Below are positions 38,696 to 51,499 of a DNA stretch of 64,000 nt, in pieces. The notes under the pieces were generated by a model. The model saw only the letters and a program-made list of their open reading frames with translations, was not told where the DNA came from and searched no databases. Source of the stretch: Takakia lepidozioides (Eukaryota; Plantae; Bryophyta); assembly GCA_030704615.1 (NCBI GenBank), contig CM060733.1:41726001-41790000 (forward strand), in the 5' to 3' direction. How positions within the stretch are numbered: position 1 is the stretch's first letter; each line of letters starts with the position of its first letter. The translations under genes were made by a program, and so were the position numbers.

Positions 38696-40123
38696 ATGCC
38701 AACACTAGCCGCCTTCACATCTGCAGTTAGTTGGCCTGGAGAGTTGCTGGAGGGCAATGCACATGCAGAGGATGTGCCACCTCCAGCAGAGCAGGATGAC
38801 ATGCATGGTATGGCGGAGTTGCCTGCCATGGTTGCTCACACTCCATTGTGGGGTACGAGCAAGGATTTGCAGCAGGCTGCTGATGAACGGGTGCAACAAG
38901 CTTGGGTAGAAGCTTTCGTACCGTCAGGGGAGGAGGAGAGTGTGGTGATTGCACCAGGACCACCTCAGTTGTCACCATTGGATACCACACCTATTGTGTG
39001 GCAGTATCCGGATGAAGGCATTTGCCTTCTGGACTTGTTTGGCGGGATCAGCACCGGATTGGCTGTTGTGCTACAGGCAGATATACGAGTTCGACATTAC
39101 CTGTATGTAGAGAGGGATGAGACTGCACGACGCGTCTCACTGCGCCATGTTGCTCAGATGGTGCAGCAGTACCCTGAGTTGTTGCCGGTGTCTGCAGTTC
39201 GTGGATATCAGCAGGCCTTGCCAGCAGACATTGCGTTGCTGGGGGCGCATGATTTGGAGCGGGTTGGCTCCATTGATCTGGTAGTGGCAGGTTGGCCCTG
39301 CCAAGGGCATTCATCAGCCGGGCATGGCAATGGATTGCGGGACTTGAGGACGGGTCTGTTTTGGGAGATGGTGCGGATTTTGCGCCACTTGCAACTTCAT
39401 CAAGCTGTATCTCCCGCATACATCTTGGAGAATGTGCCACTGATGGGTGATTCTCGGGCTAGGCTGATGGCCAGTGTGCATCAAGTCCGGTCATGGCTTG
39501 GGTTAGCAGTGTTGCTGGATGCAGCTGCAGTGGGGTCACGGGCTCATCGTCCACGGCTATGGTGGACTAACTTGATGCCACCCGCACTGCTCAAGCGTGC
39601 ATTTGATGGGGTGGAGCGGCTAGCACACCTCACAGTGGATAGCATTTTGGACACAGGGAGGCAGTCTCAACGTGTGAGAAACCACGACCGTTCGCCTTTG
39701 GCAGTGATCAATAGGGTGGGTCAACCACGAGCAGCATTACCTACACTGCTCAGCTTCCCAGGATCCCATGCTTTTTGGGATGGTGGACCTGGCCTCATGT
39801 GGGATGCTCAGTTGCAAAAGTTAGTGGAGCCTAATGCCGACGAGCGAGAGCGGGCTATGGGGTTTTCCACTAGGACCACGGCGGTGCCTTCTTTTTTTGA
39901 GGCATCACGTCGTCAGGTGTTGGGGCAAGCAATGGATCTCAATTGCTTGACCTGGATTATCAGCTTGGCTATGGCTGAGCAACGTAGAGTGCGGAGTGCA
40001 CTTCCCTTGACGGTCTCTCTGCCTACCGAGACGGTACAGGCAGCGAGTGGGGGCGAGCCGGTGAGGACCACGGGGTGTAGACATCCATGGCACACGTGGG
40101 AGGTGAAGAGCTTGTACTGGTAA
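38696..40123 (+). CDS. C5-cytosine DNA methyltransferase domain, uninterrupted (element homology ends near 40104)
   Basis: Canonical motif order: I LDLFGGIS, II YVERD, IV AGWPCQG, VI ILENV, VIII AHRPRLWWTN, IX ERERAMGF, X LGQAMD. Confidence 0.95.
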   Translation: MPTLAAFTSAVSWPGELLEGNAHAEDVPPPAEQDDMHGMAELPAMVAHTPLWGTSKDLQQAADERVQQAWVEAFVPSGEEESVVIAPGPPQLSPLDTTPIVWQYPDEGICLLDLFGGISTGLAVVLQADIRVRHYLYVERDETARRVSLRHVAQMVQQYPELLPVSAVRGYQQALPADIALLGAHDLERVGSIDLVVAGWPCQGHSSAGHGNGLRDLRTGLFWEMVRILRHLQLHQAVSPAYILENVPLMGDSRARLMASVHQVRSWLGLAVLLDAAAVGSRAHRPRLWWTNLMPPALLKRAFDGVERLAHLTVDSILDTGRQSQRVRNHDRSPLAVINRVGQPRAALPTLLSFPGSHAFWDGGPGLMWDAQLQKLVEPNADERERAMGFSTRTTAVPSFFEASRRQVLGQAMDLNCLTWIISLAMAEQRRVRSALPLTVSLPTETVQAASGGEPVRTTGCRHPWHTWEVKSLYW

Positions 40124-40331
40124 AGAATTGGATTCCAAAGGATATTCTGTGGATCAAACTCACACCAAGAACAACTTTCCAGACTTGTTTGCCATATGGT
40201 TATATGGTAACAGAGACTTCTAGTATAGCCAAAGGTGCATTGAAGCTTGAAAGAAACCCAGGCATATACGAGAGATACTACAGAAGCGAGTTTTGGTTAC
40301 TGCCACATTAAGGAAATGAAAGACATGGGAC

Positions 40332-40950
40332 ATGAGTGATGAAAGAGAAGCTAGACTCCAGAGATATTCAGCAAAAAGAGAAAGTTATCTGAAAACTAAT
40401 TATCCATATCTTTGGGAGAGGGGAATAGACATAGGGGAATCATCTGGACCTCTCACACCATTAAGATCAGAGAGTACATCACCCATACCGGAAGAACTAG
40501 AGTTGGATGCCACTCCTTCTTTTTCTTTGCAAGAAAGATTAAGGGAATTGGTACGGGAAGAAGATCAACCACGAGGTGAAAGATCTGAGGTACATCCCTG
40601 GATAAAAGATTTGACAGAAATCTTTGAGAAGAGTTGGCATGGAACACCAAAAGCAGGAACTCCAGTTTCTGAAACGGAAGGTGAAGAAGGAGGAGAGGAT
40701 GTGGCAGAGCCAACGGAGAGTTCAGACTCTCCAACACCATTGGGATTGATAAGAGGAGTTAACATACAGATACAAAAGATGATTTTTATGATCACAGTAA
40801 CTGTGTTGAAGATGGATGAAGTCATGGAGGCTTACTCCTTATTATTGGGATGTCCGTGGCTGAAACAGGCCAGGGTATTCCATGACTGGAATTCTCAGTT
40901 ACTAACTGTGCATAATGGGATGCACAAGATACAAATTACCACTAAGGATC
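40332..40950 (+). mobile_element. Internally deleted gag/protease fragment of an unrelated Ty3/gypsy element
   Basis: PLGLIRGVNIQI...YSLLLGCPWLKQARVFHDW is the C-terminal half of a retropepsin. Confidence 0.7.
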
Positions 40951-41139
40951 AGGCTTCGTCGCTTGGACAAATCGGCACCGCATTCCTTCCCATCGCTGCA
41001 TCCCCCTTCTACCAGGGAGCTTCCCCGCACGCCATCCTGGCAGTCTTGTGTGCACATCTCCCATGGCGGAGAACCCGAGCGCTACAGTGTACTGCCCTCC
41101 TCACGAGCATAGAGCTTCATTTCGGAGAGGTGTCGGCCT

Positions 41140-41760
41140 CTCCGCCGCTCTGTGGGATATTCGGTGCCGAATTTCCGTCCGGCGGTTGAAATATGTTGGC
41201 CAGGTGTCGACCTCTCCCCCCTCCCCGACTGCAGGTAATTCGAACCCGGATTGAAATTCGGCGCCGTTTTCCCATCTGGGAAGGTTTTTATGTCGGCCAG
41301 TTTTCGGTCTGACCCCCCGACACGACTTCATTTGGGAGGGCCCGGATGGAAATTTGGCGCCGAATCTCCATCCAGGGGATGCTCTCTGTCGAACACGTGC
41401 CGACCTCTACGCCCGAGGCGACTTCATCCGGGCGTCCCCTGTTCGATATTCGGTGCCGAATTTCCGTCCGGGGGTTGAAATGTGACGGCCAAGTGCCGGC
41501 CTCTCCCCCCTCCCCGAGTGCATCCGAACCGCCCCGGATGGAAATTCGGCGCCGTTTTTCCATCTGGGGATGTTTTATGCCGGCCAGTTTTCGGCCTGAC
41601 CCCCCGACACGACTTCCTTTGGGGGGGCCCGGATGGAAATTCGGCGCCGAATCTCCATCCAGGGGATGTTCTCTGTCGCACACACGCCGGCCTCTGCGCC
41701 CGAGGCAACTTCATCCGGGCTTCCCCTGTTGGATATTGGGTGCCGAATTTCCATTCGGGG
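41140..41760. repeat. ~96-bp tandem repeat (7 units, ~290-bp higher order) with palindromic core ATTCGGYGCCGAAT
   Basis: Cores near 41157, 41253, 41351, 41447, 41541, 41637 and 41733; each unit best matches the one three units along. Confidence 0.85.
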
Positions 41761-41933
41761 GTAGTAATGTGACGGCACGGTGCCGGCTTCTCCCCTTCAG
41801 CCGTCATCATCCGGACGGCCCCCCACTTTCTGACTGCATACCGTTGGCAGTTATTGCGCAAAGACCAGGGGCCGCATTCCGGTGACAAGGTTCATTAACA
41901 CTCTGACTCTGGATTTTTGAGATAGTTGGCTCC

Positions 41934-43110
41934 ATGGAGAACGACCACGGAGCTTCTCGTGCCCACACTTCCGATGAGGTGGATAAATGGGATCCCCATT
42001 GGCAAAGGCGAAATGAGGAGTTCGAGAGATTGATTGCTACTGATCCTCTTTTCCAGCACTTGTCCGGAAAGATGTTTTACATGTGGGACGGCAATCATCG
42101 CCTTCTGGCATGGATGGAATACATAGCCCAAGCCCACCCCAACGACCTGGATTGGCATTTCGCCGTGGAGTGTGTTGTGCTCAAGGTTGCAGGGCCCAAA
42201 GATCGCAGTCTTCTCAAAGCGGCAATGGCAGACATCAACTCGTAAGTTACAATGCTTCTTGCTTTGGAACTTTGAATTTGAAACAGTCATTTCATTGCCA
42301 ATCGTCATATTTGTTGCAAATTCTCATTTCTGTATTGTTTAATGGAAATGTGGCATTGCAGGGTGACTGAGAATGTCTTCATTGCCACCAACTTGTCCCA
42401 TATGCTCTTCCGAGTGAAGGCTGTCAGGAAGCAAGGGGTGCAAAAGTTTGCCAATTCGCTCAGTGCCGACCTCCTGCGCAAGTCGGAGGCAAAGGCAGAC
42501 AGACCTGAATAGGCTGAGCATGGACGCCATGGTGGACTACATATTTCGGGTAAAGCTCCTCACTGTTTTGTTGAGCTAATCTGTCTCTCCTCCCCCAATA
42601 GAAGAAAAAGTGTTGAGCAGGATCTCTAATCTTATGTGCGCATTCTGACAGACGACGAAAATTCAACAGGATTTGGCACATGCGCGGAGGTTCTACGTGG
42701 AGTCAGAGAAAGAAACTAAAACCGACACTAGAATCATATCTCAAAGCTGCGGAGGCGAAGGCCCGCATCAAGTATAAGTCGCGGATGGTAAAGTACGTGG
42801 CCATAGCTGATCCCGCCCTTGGTGCCGATTTTCTGGTGGAGGTGGGGAAGCACTACTCCCGCGCTCTGAAGCCCACGATGACATTGGAGAAGCTGCATCG
42901 TCTAGGCACATCATATGTGGATGCAACAGAAAAGGTTATACATTCTTAACCGAATTGTCGTGGCAGCAATTCGTTTTTGTGGTGTTTGACACTTACTAAT
43001 ATGCTGGGTGGTTGGACAGACCCGGTGGCTCCAAATCTGGAACGGTTCCCAAAGTACAAGGACATGTGGAGCTTCCCCAAACCCGACAAACTGTCCGACC
43101 CCAAAAATAA
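41934..43110 (+). pseudogene. Spliced gene fragment with a ParB/sulfiredoxin-like DGNHR motif
   Basis: MFYMWDGNHRLLAW; GT-AG intron 42242-42361 gives DINSVTENVFIATNLSHMLFR; further exons near 42669-42934; lesions in exon 2. Confidence 0.55.
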
Positions 43111-43389
43111 ATAGGTTCATTTATTTGGATGAGGTCCATCAGCAGAGCTTTGAGAGTTTTTTACGTCAGTGGGGACCCCAACTAGGAATAAATATTGTTT
43201 TGGTAGATATATGGACGTATCATCATCTTCAGAGTCGCAACTATGACGTTGATTTGAATGTTGATGCAACCATAGCTAGAGCTTGTGTTTACGAGGATTC
43301 TTGCTTAGAGTTAGATGTGAAAAACAAGTTTTAGGCGAATAAGCTCTAGTTTTGAGAGTTGGAAGGTAGAGCCCCTGCTTTTGCAAAAG

Positions 43390-43800
43390 TACTTGGCTTG
43401 GATATGGTGTGCCCTCTTTTGACCAAGTCTAAGGGATATCGTTACCTATGTGTGGTGACAAATTACTTGACCAAGTGGATTGATGGAGACAACATTTGTT
43501 CTCCTAGGATATTGATTATGTAGTTCAGTTCTTTTTCAATGCAGAGATTATCTTACGCCATGGTTGTCCGCATGAAATCCTAACACATCAAAGAAAAGAG
43601 TTCTTGTAACCAATTGCTCTCGGTGGCCGTGTGCTTCAGCCTTGATGTGAAACAATATTCTACCGTTACGCCCTATCATCCTCAAACTAATGGACTCTTG
43701 AGATGCTTCAATCAAACTCTATGTCAGATGCTAAAACGTAGTGGTGTTTTAACTCATGATTGTAATACTTTCTTGTCCTCTTACATTTGCCTATAGGACT
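43390..43800 (+). mobile_element. Degraded Ty3/gypsy integrase core fragment
   Basis: NYLTKW, IILRHGCPHEILT, TPYHPQTNGL...FNQTLCQML in shifting frames. Confidence 0.8.
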
Positions 43801-44785
43801 GCCGTGCCTAATACTAGACAGATGTATTTTTAGATGGTTTATGTGAGAACTTGGGTTTCTTCTATATCCATGCTACACCATTGGTGTCTACCATGGCTAA
43901 CCCACGTGACCTTGATACTTTTCTTGAGGACTTATAGGCTTACAGTGAAGTGGTGCTTTTTACAGGCCAAGGCTAAGATCATGGTGCCACAAGCTCATAA
44001 TTACAACAAATGGGTTAAGTATGATGCTCAGTTTTAGATGGAATTCAATATTTGCATACTAGAGGTACGACACATTTCTTTCGGAGAGAAGCCCCCGAAC
44101 CCCAAGAACCAACTACTTATACAAGTTAGGGTTCAATCCTGCTTGGGTTTGGAACATCATGGCCAAGGCCACCTTGTTGGTAATATACCCTACAAACCTT
44201 CTTCACCTTTCTCCCAAGAGCTTGGGCAATGGAGGCTCAACTACAAGGAGAGGACTCAGCCCCCTCCACCCACCACATGAGATTTTATAAGGATCCAAAT
44301 GAGACATATGCCAAATGAGGTCCCAACACCAAAAATACAAAGAGCTTGACTAGAACAGGAAACCCAAAATAAACAAAGCCTCAAACAGCATTGAGCTCTC
44401 TTCTTTTGGCAAAACATAGAGGGGAGGTGAGAGTAAGGGGCATGACTCAGCACAACACACAAATCGGAGCCTTTGACACGGTGTAAGGTCCTTTGACCAC
44501 ATTTTCTCCATTGACTTCAACGAGCCAATAAAAAACAATCTAATAAGTAAAATTAACTGTTAAATAAGAAGACAATCATACATTCTCTAATACTGAAAAG
44601 TGTAAGTGTAATCGATGGTGTGATTAGACAGTGCTGCCATGGCCGGCTCTTGGGAGAGGGGGAGGGTGAGGGAAACGATGAAGAGGGGTAGAGATGGGCA
44701 CGAGGTTGGGGAGGAATGCGAGTGGATAAGTCTGGGAAATGCTACTGCACAATGTTTTTCGTGAGGGTCAGATCGCACAGGGGGG

Positions 44786-47700
44786 TTGACTTCGGCCTGG
44801 AGGGGTAATTTGCATCCCTGTACTGGATTCCAACTCACCCTGTTGGGCCTTTTGTTAGTGTCCCTCCCTCTAGTATCTGCGGCCCGGAACTTCGTGATTG
44901 TTTGGGAGGACGATGATACTAAAGATGGCGGAGAGGCGGGTGCCAACGGTGAAGAATTTAGCATGTCAGATGCCGCAGAGGACAGAGGGGGCCGGATCGG
45001 ATGGACAGATGGGCCGGATTCTGCCATTGAGTGGGATGAGTTTGGGGATACTGAAGAAAAAGGGGACGAGGATTTGATCCGGGTTCATGGAACCATGTTC
45101 TGGAGCAGTCCCATGCGCGGAAGAAAACGGAGGCAATGAGGTATGTAGCATATCTATACACACCTATTGATCTTATTCTGTGTTACTTCCTTTTCTCAAT
45201 GGCAATCCCCGAGCTTCTTCACCGGAAAATTGCACCTTCTTACATTGACTGTAGTGTGCAGAAAGCAAGAATGTACCAATACTGTGGAAGAGTTTATGGT
45301 TTTAGGGTTTCCTTACGTTGTCCGTATTGCAAGGAGTGAGTACGTGTAAACCCTAGCCCTAAGCTTAGAATCGATGGCGAATTTCAAGAAAATTGCAGGC
45401 CTTTATACTGAGATAAATTTGGAATTCAAATTTCTCTGGAAAGATCACTGACTGGGGTAGGTTTTGATTTTGTAGTAATGCATTTTGATGGCTTACCTGC
45501 ACCCAAACATCTACAATAGAGGTTCCCAGGAAATTCAAGAATCTGCCAACAGATATGAGCGGTCTGAAATTTTTCCTTCGTGTTGAGTGGGTGTATCACC
45601 GACACGCCACAATAATTACTGTTTGTCTGATGTTATGGACTGGTAGCAGGTCTGGTTGTGCCTGGAGTCTTAGGGTTAAGCCATAATGGAATTGTAGTGC
45701 AACAACCTTTACAGCTTATGTTAATGGTTACCCATGGTCCATCATCAACCCTTGGAACTTCCACCTCACCATCTTTGGAGTTATGCTTAAACTGTTTTTG
45801 AGTGCAACATGCGTGCAGTATGCCATCGGAGTAAGAAAACTGATCGAGGGTGTAAGCGAGGGGGAGTCAGATGTTCTGAAGGAAGCCATTAAGCATCTGA
45901 AGTCAGAGGCAGATAATGGGAATGCACATGCACAATCGACCTTTGCATTTTTGCACGGTGCTGGTTATGGTGTGGAGCAGAGCGATGCAAAAGCATTTTT
46001 GTTGCACCATTTTGCAGCAGAAGGTGGGAACTTTCAATCAAAGATGGCCCTGGCCTACAGCTACTCCCGGCAGCAGGTGTGGGTTTAGTCCATATTGCAC
46101 TGATATGGGTACATCGCGAAGTTTTAAGATGCCTCATAGTGTTCAATAGATTCTCATATGCCGAACTACCTGTGACATGTTTCCATTAGTCACATCTAAT
46201 TTTATCTGTCATTGTCTTTCTTGATTTCCCCATTTCTCCTAGAACTATGAGGCAGCAAGAAGGCTTCCCTTATGCCCTTTCTTTCCTTTGCACAATCCAA
46301 GCATGTCTACCCTCTAAAGCAATTGAAGCTGCCTCACTTGGCCCCATTATGCACACCCACCAACCAATAGATTAGCGACATGCAGAGAATGCAAGGCTTA
46401 ACGGCTTCACAGTTGTTACCCATGTCCACTTTAGCTAGGAGACATTCTTGGATTGCAAGATAGAAAGAAATGACTGCATACCAGTGGGTGGGAGGGTGGT
46501 AGTATTTCTTGCAACAGTACATCAGCAAAGCAAGGCATTGCTTAGGCTGTTACAGCAGCACTCAGCCCTGTGTTGTGATACTGAGCAACACTTGAAAGTA
46601 AAGAGCCTAAGTTAGTACCTTGAAGCCACAGTTCCTGGCACTGAGGTCACTGCTCCTTCAGCTCCTGCCTGCTCTTCCAAATGAGAAGAGCAGCCAGGGC
46701 TTCTAACATTATGGGGCAGCCTCTTTCTGACCATGTAGGACAGCTGCTTTAGGTTAGGACCTAGGGAGAACCCCCGTTATCCCTTCCATTCTAGGCAAAA
46801 AAAGCCAAACAGAATTAGGGAATTAGGCAATTCTTTGAGTGGTGCTACCAAAAACTTAGCCACCATCAAGATACAAGCAGGAAAGAGAGGCAGAGAGGCA
46901 AAAGTCCTCAAGCCTCTCATTTTCAGGTTTCCTAATTCTGACACAAGGCATGGGCTCAGCTGCAGGTATAAACTTATTTTCCCACAACTGCCATCAAGTG
47001 ACTCACAGAAGCACTTGTCTGCATGCAAACTCAACAGCTTGGTTGCAGGGTTATGGACTTTATTTTATAGCCCTGCGTTTACCACAGAAATGAGATGCCC
47101 TTCACTCTGGATTGTGTGCAGGGTTGGAGAGAGAATGGTTCAGTCATGTCAAGAATTGTCCAGTCCTAGATGATTTGGATCTAGTTGTGTTTTAGCTTAA
47201 CGACACCACACATCTGGACATGATCCATCTCCTTCAATATAACCACTAGCAATTACATGTAAATCAAACAATTTCTGCAAAGCTTGGATTTGTGAGTATA
47301 CAGGCTTTGACGTAAGGTCCCTCCTAGTTTCCATAGGTAGAATAGAAGCCTCAAAAGGTTCATACTAGAATACTTATTGTAGAATCTATACAAAAGTTAA
47401 AATTGCAGCCCTGAAGTCATAGCTCAGCAATCAGGGGATTGGTTCTCTAAAGCAGTTCTGCAAACTGAGAAGTCTCCATGTGGGCATACTTGAGCCCCGA
47501 GGAGGTCATAGTGTCAAAATGCAGCCATCTACCTATTTCAATGTTGGTATGAAGAGTTACAGTAGGTGGATTCTTGTAAAACGGATCAGGAAATGGCAAG
47601 GCTGCCACTGGTGATCAGATCCTAATGTCTTCCTACAGTCCAACAAACATTTGAATAGCACAAACAAATGTTTACTCTCAACATTCCACACCAAGCATGA

Positions 47701-50700
47701 GGCAGCATGAAAGCTTTCTTATGCCTTTTATTTCGCTTTTCACAATCTGAGTATGTCTACCCTCTAAAGCAAGTGAAGCCGCCTCAACTGGATCCATCAC
47801 AACCAACCAACAGGTTTGTGATCCCTGTTGGACCCCAGGCTTAAATGGCTTAAATGGCTATCCATGTCCACTTTCGCTATGAGACATTCGTTGTTTGTAT
47901 TACAGAAGGAAAAGACAGCACATTTGTGGGTGGGAGGGTGGTACTTATCTCTAGCAACAGTACATCAGCAAAAGCACAGCATTGCTTATGCTGTTACAGC
48001 AGCATTCAGCCCTGTGTTGCCATACTGAGCAGCACTTCGGTGTGTTTAAAGGGTACCTTGCTTGCAGTCATGGTTCAGCAGTGAGGTGACTGCTCCTTCA
48101 GCTCCTGCCTGCTCGTCTTCCAAATGAGAAGCGCAGCCAGGGCTTCTAAGGGAAGCCTCTCTTCTGACCATGTAGGACAGTTAGGACCTAGGGAGAAAAT
48201 GTTCAAGAGAAAGCAAGAGAGAAAATGTTCATACTGTTCCCTGCGAATGCTGCTTGCCATAGCCTTCCGGCCATTGACCCGCAAGAGAATGTACTCACAA
48301 GACTTCGTTTGCCGTAGCCTTGTGGCCATTGACCTAGCTCCCAGTTTGAGCGGAACACAAAGGGACTGAAACTATCTTTGTCAGGGGCTGACGTCGGTAG
48401 TATGACTTACCTTGGAACAGACAGTTGATCCGAGTTTTCCAGATATCCTCTAGAAATCCCTTTACGCAAGCATCAAATCTGCTGTGTGTGATTTGCCCAA
48501 TAACTAGGCCCCAAAAGGGCTTTTGGCCCAGCCTCAAGATTTTCAAAGTTGGCAAACAGAGGTATAGGCACAAATCCCTTAATGGATTTGATAGGACAGA
48601 GAGAGAGAGAGAGAGAGAGAAATGGCAGTCAAGTGTGATTGACCAATTTTTTTCCATGCCCTGGAATTCAATTCGGTGTTTCCATTCTGAGGTTTACGGT
48701 GTCTGTGCTGTAGATGCACGAGGAGGCGGTCAAATTGTATGCAGAGCTGGTAGCTACTGCCATGGCCAGTTTCTTAAGCTCTAAAGATAATCCTCTCATG
48801 GAACCAGTGCGATTGAATGATGGATTTGAGGAAAGCAAGGAGGCCTTGAAAAAATTTCGTGGGGAAGATGATGACGATTTCCAGTTCCTAGAGTATCAGG
48901 TAGGTTCCCTCTTTTGCATCCAAATCATGTTCATGTTCAGAGAGTCATCTGTATATTTATAACCAGAAGAAAACAGGGAAGGCATTATTCTATTTTCTCA
49001 ACTTTTATATTGAACTTGAGGTAATGTATCTTACTCTATTTGAAGGAGTTGGTAATCATTTATGTTAGAGGGTGGTTTGTTAACATTGTCTAAGTTTGGC
49101 GAAAGTTTTTCTTACTACAGCTTTGTCATAAAGGCTTCCCCTCACATCTCCAACCAAAGGATCAGGCGTCAGACCAGCAGAAGTAGTAGAAAGTGGATCT
49201 GGCTGGCCCCTAGCACAGAGCATGCTTGATATGTCAGTGCACATGGACTACAGCTGGTCAGGGCTGTCAGGTTTTTGTTTACTGATTTCAGTAGTTCTCA
49301 CAGACTCTACTTGAGTCACTAACAATAAGCTGTAGTCCAGGCTCACAAGGGATATCCGGAGGCAATGTATCGACTGGGAGTATTTTATTACTTTGGGTTA
49401 CGTGGCGTGCGGCGTGTTCACACCAAGGCTCTCACATGGTTTTTGAAGGCAGTGGAGAAGTCGGATTCACAGTCAATGGAGCTGCTGGGAGAGATGCACG
49501 TGGCTATGGTGTTGAGCGGAACTACTCCCGAGCTTATGAGTGGTTCATGGCAGCTGCTCGCCAAAAGCATTTCTCGGCCCTTAACGGAATTGGGTATCTC
49601 TATGTCAAGGGACAAGGGGTGGTGGATGGCAAGAATCATACCAGGGTAATGAACATGTATCATATCCAGCTATGCTTGTAATTGGGTTTCAAAATGTTAT
49701 AACGATAATTAACTGGAAGACAGGCACAATCCCTAATCGTGTGCAGTAGTTAAGCATCCTTACATGCTGGAGCCTTGCAGGATGCTGGTTCCAAGTAATA
49801 TGGAAAACATGTGGTAGGTGAAGTCAGTGACATACATAGAGGTTAAAATGGGCATGGGAGAGATAGGGAGATAACCCAGAGGAATAAAGACACTCGTAAC
49901 CTTGTAAGTCGACCTTCGGTTACAGCTGTACAGGTTGGTAAGGACTCTTCAGTGAAGGAGGGCGCCGGTTCACCTCTTTGATTTGGGTAAGGAAGAGATA
50001 CATCCAGACTAATACATAACCCAAGGGTGAAGAAATGAGGGAGATGCTTCAGTAACAATTAAACTAGTGGAGATAAGTTTTTATAGGGCTCAACTCATGG
50101 ATTTATGACTGGATTTGTGGTGGTGGAGCAGGCAAAGGAGTTCTTCAAAAAAGCTGCAGATTCAGGCGATTCCCATGGGCATTACAACATGGGCGTTCTT
50201 TATCTGAAGGGAATGGGAGTTAAAAAAGATGTGAAGGAAGCATGTAAACACTTCTTGACGGCAGCTAATAAGGGGCATCCGAAAGCATTCTACCAGCTTG
50301 CCAAGATACAGCAGCGAGGGATTCCTGGCATGAAAAGGGATGTGGCAACAGTAAGTCTTTTGCTGAGTACACAAACAGATGCATTTTCTACTTCATCCAA
50401 AGACCTTCCATGTGCTTATGTTCCTCCAACCTTGAGGACTTGTATCGATACTGTTCATCCCAGGCTAAGTTAATGGAAATTTTGCTGTCAGCAGATGACC
50501 CTTGCAACAGTATGCTACTCCTAAAATTGCATGTGGAGATAGTAAATCATGTGAGAATTTTGGAGTTCTCCTGTATGCTTCAGGTGTCTTTGTGATCAAT
50601 AAGCCTCTGTTTGGTCAAGGTTGTTTGAGTGATTCTTGTTTCATGTCACCACTGTGTCACTGGCAGTTGCCTCTTCCACATGTCTTGTCGCTTTGCTATG

Positions 50701-51380
50701 TAGTGCATCTGTCTTCTGAAAGCGTCCAAAAGACAGTCTTTACTCTACTGAAAGTGCATCCAACAGATGGCCGGTGGCTAGGGCACAAGTCTGCCTTGCA
50801 AGTGGAAGGGGGTTTAAATCTGTCAGTTGGGTGCCAGCCATTAAAGCCCCTAGCCATAAAGAGGTGGTTACTAGGTAAATTGGTCACTTAATGTCGTAGG
50901 GCGTTTAGAGTTCTTGGGGAAGGGATTCAATAATGGGTTAGAGGGTGTCTGCCTACCAAATGGATGGCAGTAGTCCAAGGTGAAGAGACACCAGAGACAT
51001 GCTTGTTTCATGTCCGCCTCTTGTTTGTTTACTGAACTCAGCTCTGATGGAGCAGGCGGCTGCACTATACAAGATAGTGGCAGAAAGGGGTCCCTGGGGT
51101 TCAATCATGCGGTGGGCATTGGAGTGCTATGTGAAAGGCCAGGCAAGGCTCTTCTCTTCTCCTTTACTCTCGTGCAGCTGAGCTTGGCTACGAGGCTGCC
51201 CAGAGCAATGCGGCGTGGATTCTGGAGAAGTACCATAGTGAGGGGGTTTGCCTTGGGAAATCGGGAGTTTGCACAGATATGGAGCGACACCAACGGGCAC
51301 ATACCTTGTGGCGCTATGCTTCAGAGCAAGGCAATGAGCATGCAGCACTACTCATTGGAGATGCGTACTACTATGGCAGG
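44786..51380 (+). pseudogene. HRD3: HRD3/SEL1L ERAD component, 6 exons, frameshifted and 3'-truncated
   Basis: Exons ~44786-45140, ~45819-46076, 48714-48899, 49341-49645, 50132-50350, 51056-51380; signal peptide, EWDEFGD, DPGSW, Sel1 repeats, [11 protein letters not shown]; frameshifts near 45075, 49497 and 51142. Confidence 0.92.
46248..48195. repeat. Two diverged ~500-bp direct repeats (46248-46769, 47698-48195) in HRD3 intron 2, possibly LINE 3' remnants
   Basis: Shared blocks such as ATGTCTACCCTCTAAAGCAA, CTGCTCCTTCAGCTCCTGCCTGCTC and TTAGGACCTAGGGAGAA. Confidence 0.7.
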
Positions 51381-51499
51381 GTGAGTTCTTGCTCCTACAG
51401 GGCAACATCAGTGATGGCCTCTGGAAAATAAATAAATAAAAGTTTTGTTAAGGTCACTTACCAGATGAGACTCCAATATTACCCGTTTTCTCAATTGGG

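Larger units (their letters stand above)
35135..40104. mobile_element. DNMT-carrying Ty3/gypsy element, copy A (pol on minus strand, methyltransferase segment inverted onto plus strand)
   Basis: Homologous throughout to 61820-64000; PPT-like GGGGGGCGAT followed by TG on the minus strand at 35145-35133. Confidence 0.9.

Noticed and set aside
38696-40123. Host DRM/DNMT3 gene or bacterial contamination
   Set aside because: Intronless, non-permuted, and in copy B in frame between a retroviral-type protease and RT.
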